NCBI GenBank assembly: GCA_038212275.1 | Contig: JBBQUR010000003.1 | Location: forward strand, 128,001-192,000 | Source: Planctomycetota bacterium | GTDB lineage: Bacteria > Planctomycetota > B15-G4 | Length of the DNA stretch: 64,000 bases | Direction: 5' to 3' | Shown: positions 9,100-18,585 of the stretch, piece by piece | Position numbering within the stretch: position 1 is the stretch's first letter | How the letters are laid out: the number at the start of each line of letters is the position of its first letter | Translations under genes and position numbers: made by a program | The notes under the pieces: model-generated | What the model saw: only the letters and a program-made list of their open reading frames with translations | Database searches by the model: none | What the model was told of the DNA's origin: nothing

Positions 9100-10457
9100 G
9101 GGTGGGCCGCGACGCTCCGCGCCGCGGCCGTCAGCGCGGCGCCATCGCTCAGTGGCTCGCTTGCTGCGCGCTGTCCGCGGCGTGCGCTGCGCAGTCGCCC
9201 GAGGTGTCCGACAGCGCGGGGTCTGAAGCAGACCAGGCAGGCGGCCAGCGCCTCGCGTCGCGCGCCTTGCTCCCCGAGGAGAGCGCGCGGCCGGCCGATG
9301 CGCCGCACCTCGCCGTCGGTGACGATGGCGTCGTCGCGGTCGTCTGCGCCAGCGACGACACCATCCTTGTCACGCTGTCGCTTGACGCCGGTGCGTCGTG
9401 GCGGCAGCCGGTGAGCGTGGGCAGCGCGGGGCGGCTCGAACACGGCCTCATGCGCGGACCGCGCGTGGCCGTCACACCGGCCGCGCTCGTCGTGGCGGCC
9501 GTGTGCGGCGACCAGCTTGGCGGCCACGACGGGGATCTGTTGGCGTGGCGCTCGCTCGATCGCGGCACGAGCTGGCTCGGGCCCGTGCCGATCACCGACG
9601 CGCCGGCCGCGGCGCGCGAGGGTCTGCACGCGCTGGCGGCCGACAGCGCCGGCCGCCTGCTCTGTGCATGGCTCGATCTGCGCCACGAGCGCACGGAGTT
9701 GTGGGGCAACTGGTCGCTCGACGGCGGCGCACACTGGTCGGCCAACGCCTGCCTCTATCGCGCGCCGGGGGGCGGCATCTGCGAATGCTGCCCGCCCGCG
9801 GTGGTCTTCTTGCCCGCCGATGCGCCGACCCCCCAGTCCGGCATCGAGCCGCCCTCCGCGCCCGCAAAGGTGTCGATCCGCGACGCCGACCAGGCCGTGG
9901 TGCTGTGGCGCAATCTGCTCGCGGGCAACCGCGACCTCTTCGCGCTCGCGGTCGGGCCCGACGGGCCGGCGGATCCCGCCGGTGCGCAGCCGCTCGGAGC
10001 GGGCCACTGGGCGCTCGACGCCTGTCCGATGGCGGGGGGCAGCGCCGCGGCCTTGCTGCAGGCCGCTGCATCGGACGGCAGCGGCCGTCCGGGCGTCGGC
10101 CTCGCGGGGATGCTGAGCTTCTGGCGGCGCGGCGGCGACCTGTTCACCGCGATCGGCAGCGACGCCGAGCAGCGCTGGGCCGCGGGACGCGAGACGCACG
10201 CCGCCAGCGGCCCGGGTGGCCCGCACCTGTTGTGGACCGACGACGCCGGCCACGTGCGCAGCGCCGTCTGGCCTGCGTCCGCGAGCACGGCCGTCGACTG
10301 GGGGCGAGGCTTCAACGCGGCCGTCGCGGGCGCTCCCGATGGCTGCGGGCCCGTGCTCGCGGTCTGGGAGTCCGCAGAGGAGGGCCCGGGTCACGTCCGG
10401 ATCGCGACGCTGTCGCCCCGCGCGCCGTCCCCGGAATCGAACCGGATGCGGCGCTGA
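9096..10457 (+). CDS. Secreted BNR/Asp-box (sialidase-like) repeat protein
   Basis: Asp-boxes SLDAGASW, SLDRGTSW, SLDGGAHW; CECC and WALDACPMAGG motifs; GTG start overlaps the upstream stop (GTGA); start uncertain. Confidence 0.75.
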   Translation: MRVGRDAPRRGRQRGAIAQWLACCALSAACAAQSPEVSDSAGSEADQAGGQRLASRALLPEESARPADAPHLAVGDDGVVAVVCASDDTILVTLSLDAGASWRQPVSVGSAGRLEHGLMRGPRVAVTPAALVVAAVCGDQLGGHDGDLLAWRSLDRGTSWLGPVPITDAPAAAREGLHALAADSAGRLLCAWLDLRHERTELWGNWSLDGGAHWSANACLYRAPGGGICECCPPAVVFLPADAPTPQSGIEPPSAPAKVSIRDADQAVVLWRNLLAGNRDLFALAVGPDGPADPAGAQPLGAGHWALDACPMAGGSAAALLQAAASDGSGRPGVGLAGMLSFWRRGGDLFTAIGSDAEQRWAAGRETHAASGPGGPHLLWTDDAGHVRSAVWPASASTAVDWGRGFNAAVAGAPDGCGPVLAVWESAEEGPGHVRIATLSPRAPSPESNRMRR

Positions 10458-10539
10458 GCGAGGCTATCCTTGCGGCCCGCGTCGGCCGTCGGCCCGCGCT
10501 CGGTTCCGCTTCCTGTTTCCGCCTTTCGGAGTCACGCGC

Positions 10540-11364
10540 ATGCTCAGCCTGCGATCGATGTTGCCGTCCCTGCTGCTTGCACTCGCCGTGCCGGTGGCCG
10601 CGCAGACCGAGGCGAGCCGTCCCGAGGCAGCCGCTGCTCCGCAGACGGCGCCCGCGCGCGCCGAGGCCGCCGCGCCCGCTGCGACGATGTCCGATGACGA
10701 GATCATCGCCGCGCAGAAGCCGAGCTATCCGCTGAAGACCTGCCTCGTCAGCGACGAAGCGATGGGCGGCTCGATGGGCGCGCCCGTGGACGCCGTCTTC
10801 CAGGGCCGGTACATGCAGTTCTGCTGCGCGGAGTGCATGCACAACGTGGAGAAGGAGCCGGCGAAGTTCCTCGCCAAGCTGGACGCCGCCGTCATCGCCG
10901 CGCAGAAGCCCGGCTATCCGCTCAAGACGTGCGTGATGAGCGGCGAGACGCTGGGCAGCCGGCCGGTGGAGTTCGTCTACGGCACGCGACTCGTTGAGTT
11001 CTGCTGCAACGACTGCAAGGCCGACTTCCTCAAGAACCCGACGCCCGCGCTGAACACGATCGACGTGGCGCTCATGGCCGCGCAGAGCGCCAGCTATCCG
11101 CTGACGACCTGCCCCGTGAGCGGCGAGAAGCTGGAAGATCCGATCGAGGTGCTCTACGGCGTGCAGCTGGTGAAGTTCTGCTGCAAGCAGTGCGCCGGCG
11201 AGTTCCGCGCCAATCCCGAGAAGTATCTGGCGATCGTGCAGGCGGCACGCCCCGCGGTTGACGCCGCACCTGCTGCGCCTGCCGCACCGGCCGCACCTGC
11301 TGCACCGGCCGCCGGCGAGCACGCCGGCCACGGCGAGGGTCATCCCGCCCCGCGCGGCAACTGA
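10540..11364 (+). CDS. Secreted protein with three tandem YHS/TRASH-like repeats and a His-containing tail
   Basis: Three copies of YPL(K/T)TCx(V/M)SxE...FCCxxC; signal peptide; C-terminal EHAGHGEGHP. Confidence 0.82.
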   Translation: MLSLRSMLPSLLLALAVPVAAQTEASRPEAAAAPQTAPARAEAAAPAATMSDDEIIAAQKPSYPLKTCLVSDEAMGGSMGAPVDAVFQGRYMQFCCAECMHNVEKEPAKFLAKLDAAVIAAQKPGYPLKTCVMSGETLGSRPVEFVYGTRLVEFCCNDCKADFLKNPTPALNTIDVALMAAQSASYPLTTCPVSGEKLEDPIEVLYGVQLVKFCCKQCAGEFRANPEKYLAIVQAARPAVDAAPAAPAAPAAPAAPAAGEHAGHGEGHPAPRGN

Positions 11365-11550
11365 CGCCCGACGCGGCCCGCGCCGGCCGGCCGAGCGGAT
11401 GTTGCCGCCGAGCGCTGCCGGATCGTGAACGCCCGAAATGAGGTTTGCCTCGCCGTTCGCGTACGCGTCCCGGGGCACCGCCGCTGACGTGGCAGCACGG
11501 ATTCACTATCCTCTGCCGCCCATGCGACACGCCCAGGAGCTTCCTTCGCC

Positions 11551-12735
11551 ATGAATTCCCAGGACATCGTCATTGCCGGAGCGGTGCGCACGCCGATCGG
11601 CAAGTTCATGGGCGGCCTGCAGTCCGTCAGTGCGGTGGAGCTGGGCGTGCACGTCACGACGGCGGCGCTCGCGCGCGCGGGACTGGCCGCCGCGGACGTG
11701 GACCAGGTGATCTTCGGCATGGCGCGACAGGCGGGCAGCGGCCCCAACGTGGCCCGCCAGGTGCAGATCCGCGCGGGCCTTCCGGAGAGCGGTTCGGCGA
11801 TCACGATCAACCAGGCCTGCGCCTCGGGACTGCGCGCGGTGTTCATGGCGGCGCAGGAGGTGCGCAGCGGCGCGGCGCGCGCGGTGGTCGCGGGTGGCAC
11901 GGAGTCCATGTCGCGCATTCCCTTCCTGCTGCCGGACATGCGCGCGGGTTACAGGCTCGGGCACGGCATGGCACTCGACGGCAACTTCCAGGACGGCTTC
12001 AACTGCCCGCTCGCCGAGTCACCGATGGGCGCGACGGCCGAGACACTGGCGGATCGTTACGAGATCTCGCGCGAGTCGCAGGATGCCTTCGCGCTGGAGA
12101 GCCAGCACAAGACCGAGGCCGCGCAGAAGGCCGGCCGTTTCAGGGACGAGATCGCACCGCTCACGGTCAAGAGCCGCAAGGGCGACGTCGTGCTGGACAC
12201 CGACGAGCATCCGCGCAGCGGCTCCACGCTGGCGGACCTTGCGAAGCTGCCGGCCGTCTTCCGCAAGGGCGGCACGGTGCACGCGGGCAACAGCTCGGGC
12301 ATCACCGACGGCGCGGCCGCGATGATCGTCACGACGGCGGGCTTCGCGAAAGAGCGCGGACTGAAGGTGATGGCGCGGCTCGCCGGTGAAGCCCTCGCAG
12401 GCGTGGACCCCAGGGTCATGGGGCTGGGCCCCGTGCCGGCGACGCGTGCGCTGCTGGCGCGCACCGGCCTGTCGCTGAAGGACATCGACCTCATCGAGCT
12501 CAACGAGGCCTTCGCAGCGCAGGTCATCGCCTGCGATCGCGAGCTGTCGCTCGACCATGCGCGGCTCAACGTGAATGGCGGCGCCATCGCGCTGGGTCAC
12601 CCGATCGGCGCCACGGGCGCGCGCATCGTGGTGACGCTGCTGCACGAGATGGCGCGGCGCGGCAGCCGGCGCGGCCTCGCGACGCTCTGCGTCTCGGGCG
12701 GCATGGGCATCGCGGCGCTGTTCGAGCGCGACTGA
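11551..12735 (+). CDS. Acetyl-CoA C-acyltransferase (thiolase)
   Basis: [45 protein letters not shown]. Confidence 0.95.
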   Translation: MNSQDIVIAGAVRTPIGKFMGGLQSVSAVELGVHVTTAALARAGLAAADVDQVIFGMARQAGSGPNVARQVQIRAGLPESGSAITINQACASGLRAVFMAAQEVRSGAARAVVAGGTESMSRIPFLLPDMRAGYRLGHGMALDGNFQDGFNCPLAESPMGATAETLADRYEISRESQDAFALESQHKTEAAQKAGRFRDEIAPLTVKSRKGDVVLDTDEHPRSGSTLADLAKLPAVFRKGGTVHAGNSSGITDGAAAMIVTTAGFAKERGLKVMARLAGEALAGVDPRVMGLGPVPATRALLARTGLSLKDIDLIELNEAFAAQVIACDRELSLDHARLNVNGGAIALGHPIGATGARIVVTLLHEMARRGSRRGLATLCVSGGMGIAALFERD

Positions 12736-14612
12736 TGCGCTCGCCTTCGCGCGCTGCGCCGGACGCCGCGCGACGTGCCTCCGGTGTCGCGACGACGCCT
12801 CGGTGGCGGCGCGTGATCGCACGCTGCCTTGCAGCCTGCTGCTGGCCGCTGCTCGCCGGCGCTGCGGGGTGTGCGTCCGAGACCGTCGTCGTCGGGCCGG
12901 AGGTGTCTTCCGCGCGCGGCCTCGTGGTGAGCGAGGCGCCGCTTGCGAGCCGCATCGGCGCCGACGTGCTCGCGCGCGGCGGCAATGCGGTGGATGCCGC
13001 GGTGGCGACGGCCTTCGCGCTTGCCGTCGTCTATCCGACGGCAGGCAACCTCGGGGGCGGCGGCTTCCTCGTCGTCCACATGCAGGGCCGGGAGTGGGCG
13101 CTCGACTTCCGCGAGACCGCGCCGGCCGCGGCGACGCGCGACATGTACGTCGTCGCCACGGCTGCCGCCGACGCGCACGATCCGGGCACGCAGGCCGTGA
13201 CCGCGGACGCCTCGCTCACGGGACAGCTCGCGAGCGGCGTGCCCGGTTCCGTCGCGGGACTCTTCGCGGCGCACGCGCAACTCGGCGCGCTGCCGTGGGC
13301 TTCGCTGCTCGCTCCGTCCATCGCGCTCGCCGAGGACGGCTTCGTCGTGGATACGGCCTTCGTGGAGGACCTCGACACGGAAGCCGCGCGGCTGCGGCGA
13401 TTCCCGGCCTCGGCGTCGCTGTACCTGACGGGTGGCGACGGGCCGGACGCCGCGCCGCTGCGCCCGGGCGACGTCTGGCGCAATCCCGACCTCGCCGCGG
13501 TGCTGCGTCGCATCGCGGCAAGCGGGCCAGACGGTTTCTATCGCGGCGCGACGGCCGACGCGATCGTCGCCGAGATGGCGCGCGGCGGCGGGCTCATCAC
13601 GCACGCGGACCTCGCGGGTTATCGCGCCGTCTGGAGGCAGCCGCTTGAGTTCGACTACCGCGGCGCGCGCATCTGCTCGATGCCGCCGCCGTCGTCCGGC
13701 GGCGTCGCGCTGCAACTGCTGTGCGCGCTGCTTGCACCCTACGACCTGCCCGCGCTCGGCTGGCATTCGCCGGCCGCGCTGCACCTGCAGGCCGAGGCCT
13801 CGCGCCGTGCCTTCGCCGCGCGCAACGCCTGCCTCGGCGACCCGGACTTCGTGGAGAACCCGCTGGCGCAACTCTTCGACCCGGCGTGGGCCGACGCGCA
13901 GCGCGCCGGCATCTCGCCCGACCACGCCACGCCGTCACGCGACGTGGACCCGGGCCTGCCGCCGGGCGTGCGCCGGGGCAGCGACCTGAGCGAGGCGCAG
14001 CACACCACGCACCTCTCCGTGATCGACGCGCGCGGCGACGCGGTGGCGCTCACGACCACGCTCAACGGCTCGTACGGCAGCGCGGTCGTCGTCACCGGTG
14101 CGGGCTTCCTGCTCAACAACGAGATGGACGACTTCGCGACGCGGCCCGGCACGCCCAACACCTACGGACTCGTGCAGGGCGAGTCCAATGCGATCGAGCC
14201 AGGCAAGCGCATGCTGTCGTCGATGACTCCGACCATCGTGCTGGACGCCGACGGCCGCGTGCTGCTCGTGACCGGCGCGGCCGGCGGCCCGCGCATCATC
14301 AGCGCGACCTTCGGCATCGTGAGTGCGGTGCTGGACTTCGGTGCGGACGTCCGCGCCGCCGTGTTCGCGCCGCGCATTCATCATCAGCACCTGCCCGACG
14401 AACTCATGGTGGAGACGCAGGACCTGTCCGGCGCCGGGACGTCGGCAGGCCCGGAAGCAACGCTTGACGCACTGCGCGCGCTCGGGCACGCGCTCCATCG
14501 CGTGAAGGCTCTCGCGGCTGCCCCGTCGATCGGCCGTGATCCGGCCGATGCCGCGCGCTGGCTCGGCGTGGCGGAGCCGCGCTCGCACGGCGCGGCCGCC
14601 GGCGTGCGCTGA
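12735..14612 (+). CDS. ggt: Gamma-glutamyltransferase
   Basis: GGNAVDAAVA, DFRETAP, HTTHLSVID (Thr nucleophile), LNNEMDDF, PGKRMLSSMTP; possible lipoprotein signal. Confidence 0.93.
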   Translation: MRSPSRAAPDAARRASGVATTPRWRRVIARCLAACCWPLLAGAAGCASETVVVGPEVSSARGLVVSEAPLASRIGADVLARGGNAVDAAVATAFALAVVYPTAGNLGGGGFLVVHMQGREWALDFRETAPAAATRDMYVVATAAADAHDPGTQAVTADASLTGQLASGVPGSVAGLFAAHAQLGALPWASLLAPSIALAEDGFVVDTAFVEDLDTEAARLRRFPASASLYLTGGDGPDAAPLRPGDVWRNPDLAAVLRRIAASGPDGFYRGATADAIVAEMARGGGLITHADLAGYRAVWRQPLEFDYRGARICSMPPPSSGGVALQLLCALLAPYDLPALGWHSPAALHLQAEASRRAFAARNACLGDPDFVENPLAQLFDPAWADAQRAGISPDHATPSRDVDPGLPPGVRRGSDLSEAQHTTHLSVIDARGDAVALTTTLNGSYGSAVVVTGAGFLLNNEMDDFATRPGTPNTYGLVQGESNAIEPGKRMLSSMTPTIVLDADGRVLLVTGAAGGPRIISATFGIVSAVLDFGADVRAAVFAPRIHHQHLPDELMVETQDLSGAGTSAGPEATLDALRALGHALHRVKALAAAPSIGRDPADAARWLGVAEPRSHGAAAGVR

Positions 14613-14769
14613 AACGGGTTTCGCGGCCCTTGCGGTTTTGCTTGCGATCGCCGCGGAGGGTACGCACCATGCCGCCGCGCGCTGCGTGCGCCTGCCGCGG
14701 ATCGGCGGGCGCGGGTCACGACGTGTCGCCGCAGCGTGGGTTCACGATTCATTCCTTCGGAGTCCAGAC

Positions 14770-15504
14770 ATGCGACAGAGATTCTGGTTCGTTCCGTTGA
14801 CGGGTTCGCTCGTCCTGGCCCTTGCCTTCACGCTGCACGCCGATGCGGTGAAGGCCAAGGCCCCCGCCAACTGGGGCGGCAGGCCGGCTCAGGCAGCCGA
14901 CGTGACGTCGCTTCCCGACCCCGGTGCCGGCGGTCAGGTGAACGGTGTCGTGCCGCCGATCCTCACCGACCAGTGGCTGAAGATGAAGGTGAAGTGCAAG
15001 GGCAAGACGGTGGATGCGTTCACGTCGCTCACGGCTTCGAAGAGCCTCAGTTTCACGGTGTACATGCAGCTCATCGCGCACTCGATGGGGGCTCTCACGG
15101 GTCCCGGCGACGGAGGTGGCGCCGGCGTTCCGACCTACGACTACATCGTGTGGGTCGAGGACGGCGACGGGAACTGGTCCCCTCAGTCGTATCAGGGCAC
15201 GCTCTACACCGACGGTCTCGATGCCAACGGGCAGACCGCACTCGTGGTGAACAGCTTCCTCGGCTTCGAGCTCTACAACGGGTCTGTGGCCTCGGTCCAG
15301 TCGGCCACGCTGACGATCAAGGTGGACAACGAGGGCGTGCTCAAGAGCGCCAAGTACAAGACGATCAGCTCGGACATCCTGCAGTCGTTCCTGCCGGCTC
15401 AAAGCCTCTCCCTGGGTGTGGACGGCTTCGAGTACTTCGGGGCGATGACGATCACCGGCTCGCTGGTGGCTGTCGACAAGCTGCCCTTCAACCCGGAGAT
15501 CTGA
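14770..15504 (+). CDS. Secreted hypothetical protein, beta-strand-rich
   Basis: Signal peptide ending HADA; GGAG RBS upstream; protein-like composition; no family recognised. Confidence 0.75.
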   Translation: MRQRFWFVPLTGSLVLALAFTLHADAVKAKAPANWGGRPAQAADVTSLPDPGAGGQVNGVVPPILTDQWLKMKVKCKGKTVDAFTSLTASKSLSFTVYMQLIAHSMGALTGPGDGGGAGVPTYDYIVWVEDGDGNWSPQSYQGTLYTDGLDANGQTALVVNSFLGFELYNGSVASVQSATLTIKVDNEGVLKSAKYKTISSDILQSFLPAQSLSLGVDGFEYFGAMTITGSLVAVDKLPFNPEI

Positions 15505-15528
15505 GCGGGGCGTCTTCGCGGCCTGCGT

Positions 15529-16650
15529 TCAGGCGATCCAGAGCACGCGCTGTCCGTCGGGGGCGATTCCCTCGGCGGACAGCGCGCTGGCGAGACGCGC
15601 GCGCGCCGGCGCCATGCCGAACGCCGCCAGCAGCAGCTCCGATGTCGCCGACCGCACCGCCGCCGGGAGCGCCTGACCGGGGCGCCACTCCAGCGCGGCC
15701 GACACGTCGACTCCGTTCGCCAGGAGCGCGTCGCGCCAGGCGACCAGCGTGCGGCCGGTGGAGAGCAGAAGCACCGGGCGCGGTGTCGCGCCGGCTCGGC
15801 CGATGAGCCGCGCCAGGTAGTGCGCTTTGCCGGCGCGCAGGGCGTCGAGCGCATGGCTGCCGCCGTGGATGTCTCCGGCGCGCGTGGATTGTGCGTCGTG
15901 CTGTCGCCAGCGGTAGAGCACGCGCGGAAGCTTGAGGACGGGAAGCTCTCCGCGCAGCGCATCGTGCTCGAACCAGCGCAGCCAGAAGTCGAGGTCCAGC
16001 GGCCAAGCGCCGCGCGGCTTGTAGCCGCCGACGGTGCGCACGGCCGCCGTGCGGTAGAGGCCGGTCTGGTGCAGCGCCGGGATCTCGAGAAAGCGCGCCT
16101 CCGCCAGGCTGCGGTGCGTGAGCAGCGCATTCTGCCAGTCGAGATAGCGGCGCATGCCCGGCGTGCGCGCACCGCACTGAGCTGCGCGACTGACCACCGC
16201 GGCGAGGGGCGTGTCGCGCGTCCCGTCCACCGACGTGGCGTGCAGCGCGGCGTGCAGGCGCGCGAGCCGGTCGGGCGGGCAGCGGTCGTCGGCCTCCATG
16301 TGCGCGAAGCTTCCGGTTGTCACGGCGGCGAGACCGACATCCAGCGCCGCGCCGGCGCCGCGGCCCGGGCCGCGCAGGACGAGCAGGCGTGGCTCGCGCG
16401 TCGCGAGGTCCTCCACCCACGCGCGCGACGCGTCGGGCACGGCGGCGGGGCGCGCGTCGTCCACGATGGCGATCACGCGCACGCTCACGTCGCGCTGGGC
16501 GAGCAGGTCGGCGCATGCTGACGGCAGGGTGCGTCGCGCGCCGCGCACCGGCAGCAGCACGTCGATCTCCGGCCGGCCGCGCCCGTGGACGCTGCCTTGC
16601 GGCGCGGCCGTCGGGAGCGGCTGGAGAGTCAGGCGTGGCGGCCGAGGCAT
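15529..16650 (-). CDS. Glycosyltransferase family 2
   Basis: IDVLLPV, IVDD, GAGAALDVG, HMEADD (DxD-like), DLDFWLR, LYRWRQH; start approximate. Confidence 0.82.
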   Translation of the reverse strand: MPRPPRLTLQPLPTAAPQGSVHGRGRPEIDVLLPVRGARRTLPSACADLLAQRDVSVRVIAIVDDARPAAVPDASRAWVEDLATREPRLLVLRGPGRGAGAALDVGLAAVTTGSFAHMEADDRCPPDRLARLHAALHATSVDGTRDTPLAAVVSRAAQCGARTPGMRRYLDWQNALLTHRSLAEARFLEIPALHQTGLYRTAAVRTVGGYKPRGAWPLDLDFWLRWFEHDALRGELPVLKLPRVLYRWRQHDAQSTRAGDIHGGSHALDALRAGKAHYLARLIGRAGATPRPVLLLSTGRTLVAWRDALLANGVDVSAALEWRPGQALPAAVRSATSELLLAAFGMAPARARLASALSAEGIAPDGQRVLWIA

Positions 16651-16723
16651 CGCACGACGGTGCCACGTGTCCGGGCACGGTGGAATCCCCCGGCCCGCGG
16701 CGGCGGTCGCTACACTCCCGGGC

Positions 16724-17338
16724 ATGGACGAACTGCTGCTGGTCCGCGCCTCCGACTGCCGCCCGCTGCGAGCGGCCATCCTGCGTCCCGGCCAGCCGCC
16801 CGAGGCCTCGACCTACGTCACGGACGACGATGGCCAGGCGCTGCATTTCGCGGTGAAAACCGCCAAGGGCGCGGTGCAGGGCGTGGCCAGCGTGTTGCCC
16901 GAGGCGCGTACCGACGGCGGGCCGCAGACCTGGCGCCTGCGCGGCATGGCCGTGATTCCGGAGCGCCGCGGTGACGGCCTCGGCCGCATGCTGCTGCAGG
17001 CTGTGCAGGCGGTGGTCCAGCAGCGCGGCGGCGGCCTGTGGTGCACGGCGCGCACGCCCGTCGAGGGCTTCTATCTCGCGCACGGCTTCCGGCGCGAAGG
17101 CGACGTCTTCGACCTGCCCGGCGGAGGGCCGCATGTGGTCATGACCTGGGAGGGCGTCGGCAAGCGCATGAAGCCCGTGCCGCGGCGCGGGGCTCACAGC
17201 GGCAGCCCCGAGGGCGAGTTCGCCGATGCACTCGAGGACGACGACGCCGCCGAAAGCCCGGGCGAGGACGACGACGAGCTGCCCGATCTCGGCGCCGACC
17301 CGACCGACCTGGATCTCGACGAACCGCCGAAGCGCTAG
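16724..17338 (+). CDS. GNAT family N-acetyltransferase with acidic tail
   Basis: LRAAILRPG, WRLRGMAVIPERRGDGLG, WCTAR, GFYLAHGF. Confidence 0.88.
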   Translation: MDELLLVRASDCRPLRAAILRPGQPPEASTYVTDDDGQALHFAVKTAKGAVQGVASVLPEARTDGGPQTWRLRGMAVIPERRGDGLGRMLLQAVQAVVQQRGGGLWCTARTPVEGFYLAHGFRREGDVFDLPGGGPHVVMTWEGVGKRMKPVPRRGAHSGSPEGEFADALEDDDAAESPGEDDDELPDLGADPTDLDLDEPPKR

Positions 17339-17416
17339 GCCTCAGCCCGAGGGGGGCGAGGGGGGCGAGGGACGCGAGGGGGGCTCCGGACAGCGGCCGG
17401 CGCGGCCTTCGCAAGG

Positions 17417-17444
17417 TTGCGCCCCGCAGCCCTTTCCGTATCAT
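17417..17444 (+). promoter_or_regulatory. Candidate sigma70-type promoter (TTGCGC-16 bp-TATCAT)
   Basis: -35/-10-like hexamers in an otherwise GC-rich intergenic region about 260 nt upstream of hbd. Confidence 0.45.
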
Positions 17445-17702
17445 TCACCCCTTCCATTCCGGGTCTCGGAAGCAGGACGGGCGGGGCACGATCGCGGCGG
17501 ATGCGCCTCGGTCACGACCTGCCGGTCTTTCGGGTTCCCGCAGGGGCCCACCGGGACGGAGTCGGTGCGGACGTGTCCGGCCATGCGGCAGCGTGACAGC
17601 ACGCCGCGTTCGGAGCCCGACCTGCCGTGTCCACGGGGCCGTCCGCAGGACGGTGCCAGTCAACTGCCAGTCAGTCGCCAGCAACAGGAGCGCGAGCTTT
17701 CC

Positions 17703-18572
17703 ATGGTCGTCAAGAAGGTCGGAGTCATCGGTTGTGGCCTCATGGGTCACGGCATCGCCCAGGTCGCGGCCCAGGCCGGTTGCACGGTCGTCGTGCGCGA
17801 GTCGGAGCAAGGCGCGCTCGACAAGGGTGTCGGCCGCATCCGCAAGAGCCTCGACAAGCTGGTCGAGAAGGAAAAGCTCACGAAGGCGGCTGCCGATGCG
17901 GCGTTCGCGCACATCTCCGGCACGCTCGAGCTGTCCGCGCTGGCCGACTGCGACCTGGTCGTCGAGGCCATCGTCGAGAACCTCGACGTCAAGAAGACGC
18001 TCTACGCCGAACTCGGCAGGCTCTGCAAGCCGACGACAATCTTCGCCAGCAACACGAGTTCGTTCTCGATCGGCGAGATGGGCCGCGCCTCGGGCCGCCC
18101 GCAGCGCATGGTCGGCCTGCACTTCTTCAACCCGGTGCAGCTCATGAAGCTGGTCGAGGTGGTGCGCGCCAAGGAGACCTCGGACGAGGTCTTTGCCGAA
18201 GCCAAGGCCTTCGGCGAGGCCTGCGGCAAGGTGCCCGTTGCCGCCAGCGACACGCCCGGCTTCGTCGTGAACCGGCTGCTCGTCCCGTACATGGCCGAGG
18301 CCATCCGCATGGTCGAGCGCGGCGACTCCACGCCGGCCGACGTGGACGCGGGCATGACCCTGGGCTGCGGCTATCCCATGGGCCCCTTCACGCTGACGGA
18401 CTACGTGGGCCTCGACACCACGCTGTCCATTCTGGAGGGCTGGCACAAGCTGGAACCCGGCAACCCGCTGTTCAACCCGCCGAAGCTGCTGGTGGACAAG
18501 GTCAAGGCGGGCAAGCTCGGCCGCAAGTCGGGCGAGGGCTTCTTCAAGTGGGACGGCGACAAGCGCGCCTGA
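17703..18572 (+). CDS. hbd: 3-hydroxybutyryl-CoA (3-hydroxyacyl-CoA) dehydrogenase
   Basis: VGVIGCGLMGHGIA, VEAIVE, ASNTSS, GLHFFNP, PGFVVNR, PMGPF, GRKSGEGFF. Confidence 0.93.
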   Translation: MVVKKVGVIGCGLMGHGIAQVAAQAGCTVVVRESEQGALDKGVGRIRKSLDKLVEKEKLTKAAADAAFAHISGTLELSALADCDLVVEAIVENLDVKKTLYAELGRLCKPTTIFASNTSSFSIGEMGRASGRPQRMVGLHFFNPVQLMKLVEVVRAKETSDEVFAEAKAFGEACGKVPVAASDTPGFVVNRLLVPYMAEAIRMVERGDSTPADVDAGMTLGCGYPMGPFTLTDYVGLDTTLSILEGWHKLEPGNPLFNPPKLLVDKVKAGKLGRKSGEGFFKWDGDKRA

Positions 18573-18585
18573 CCCGACCGGAGCG

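Noticed and set aside
17461..17640. GGAAGCAG (SRP-like) and GCCCGACCTGCC (cobalamin B12-box-like) words in the hbd leader
   Set aside because: The remaining consensus elements of SRP helix 8 and of the cobalamin riboswitch could not be matched; kept only as an unassigned structured RNA
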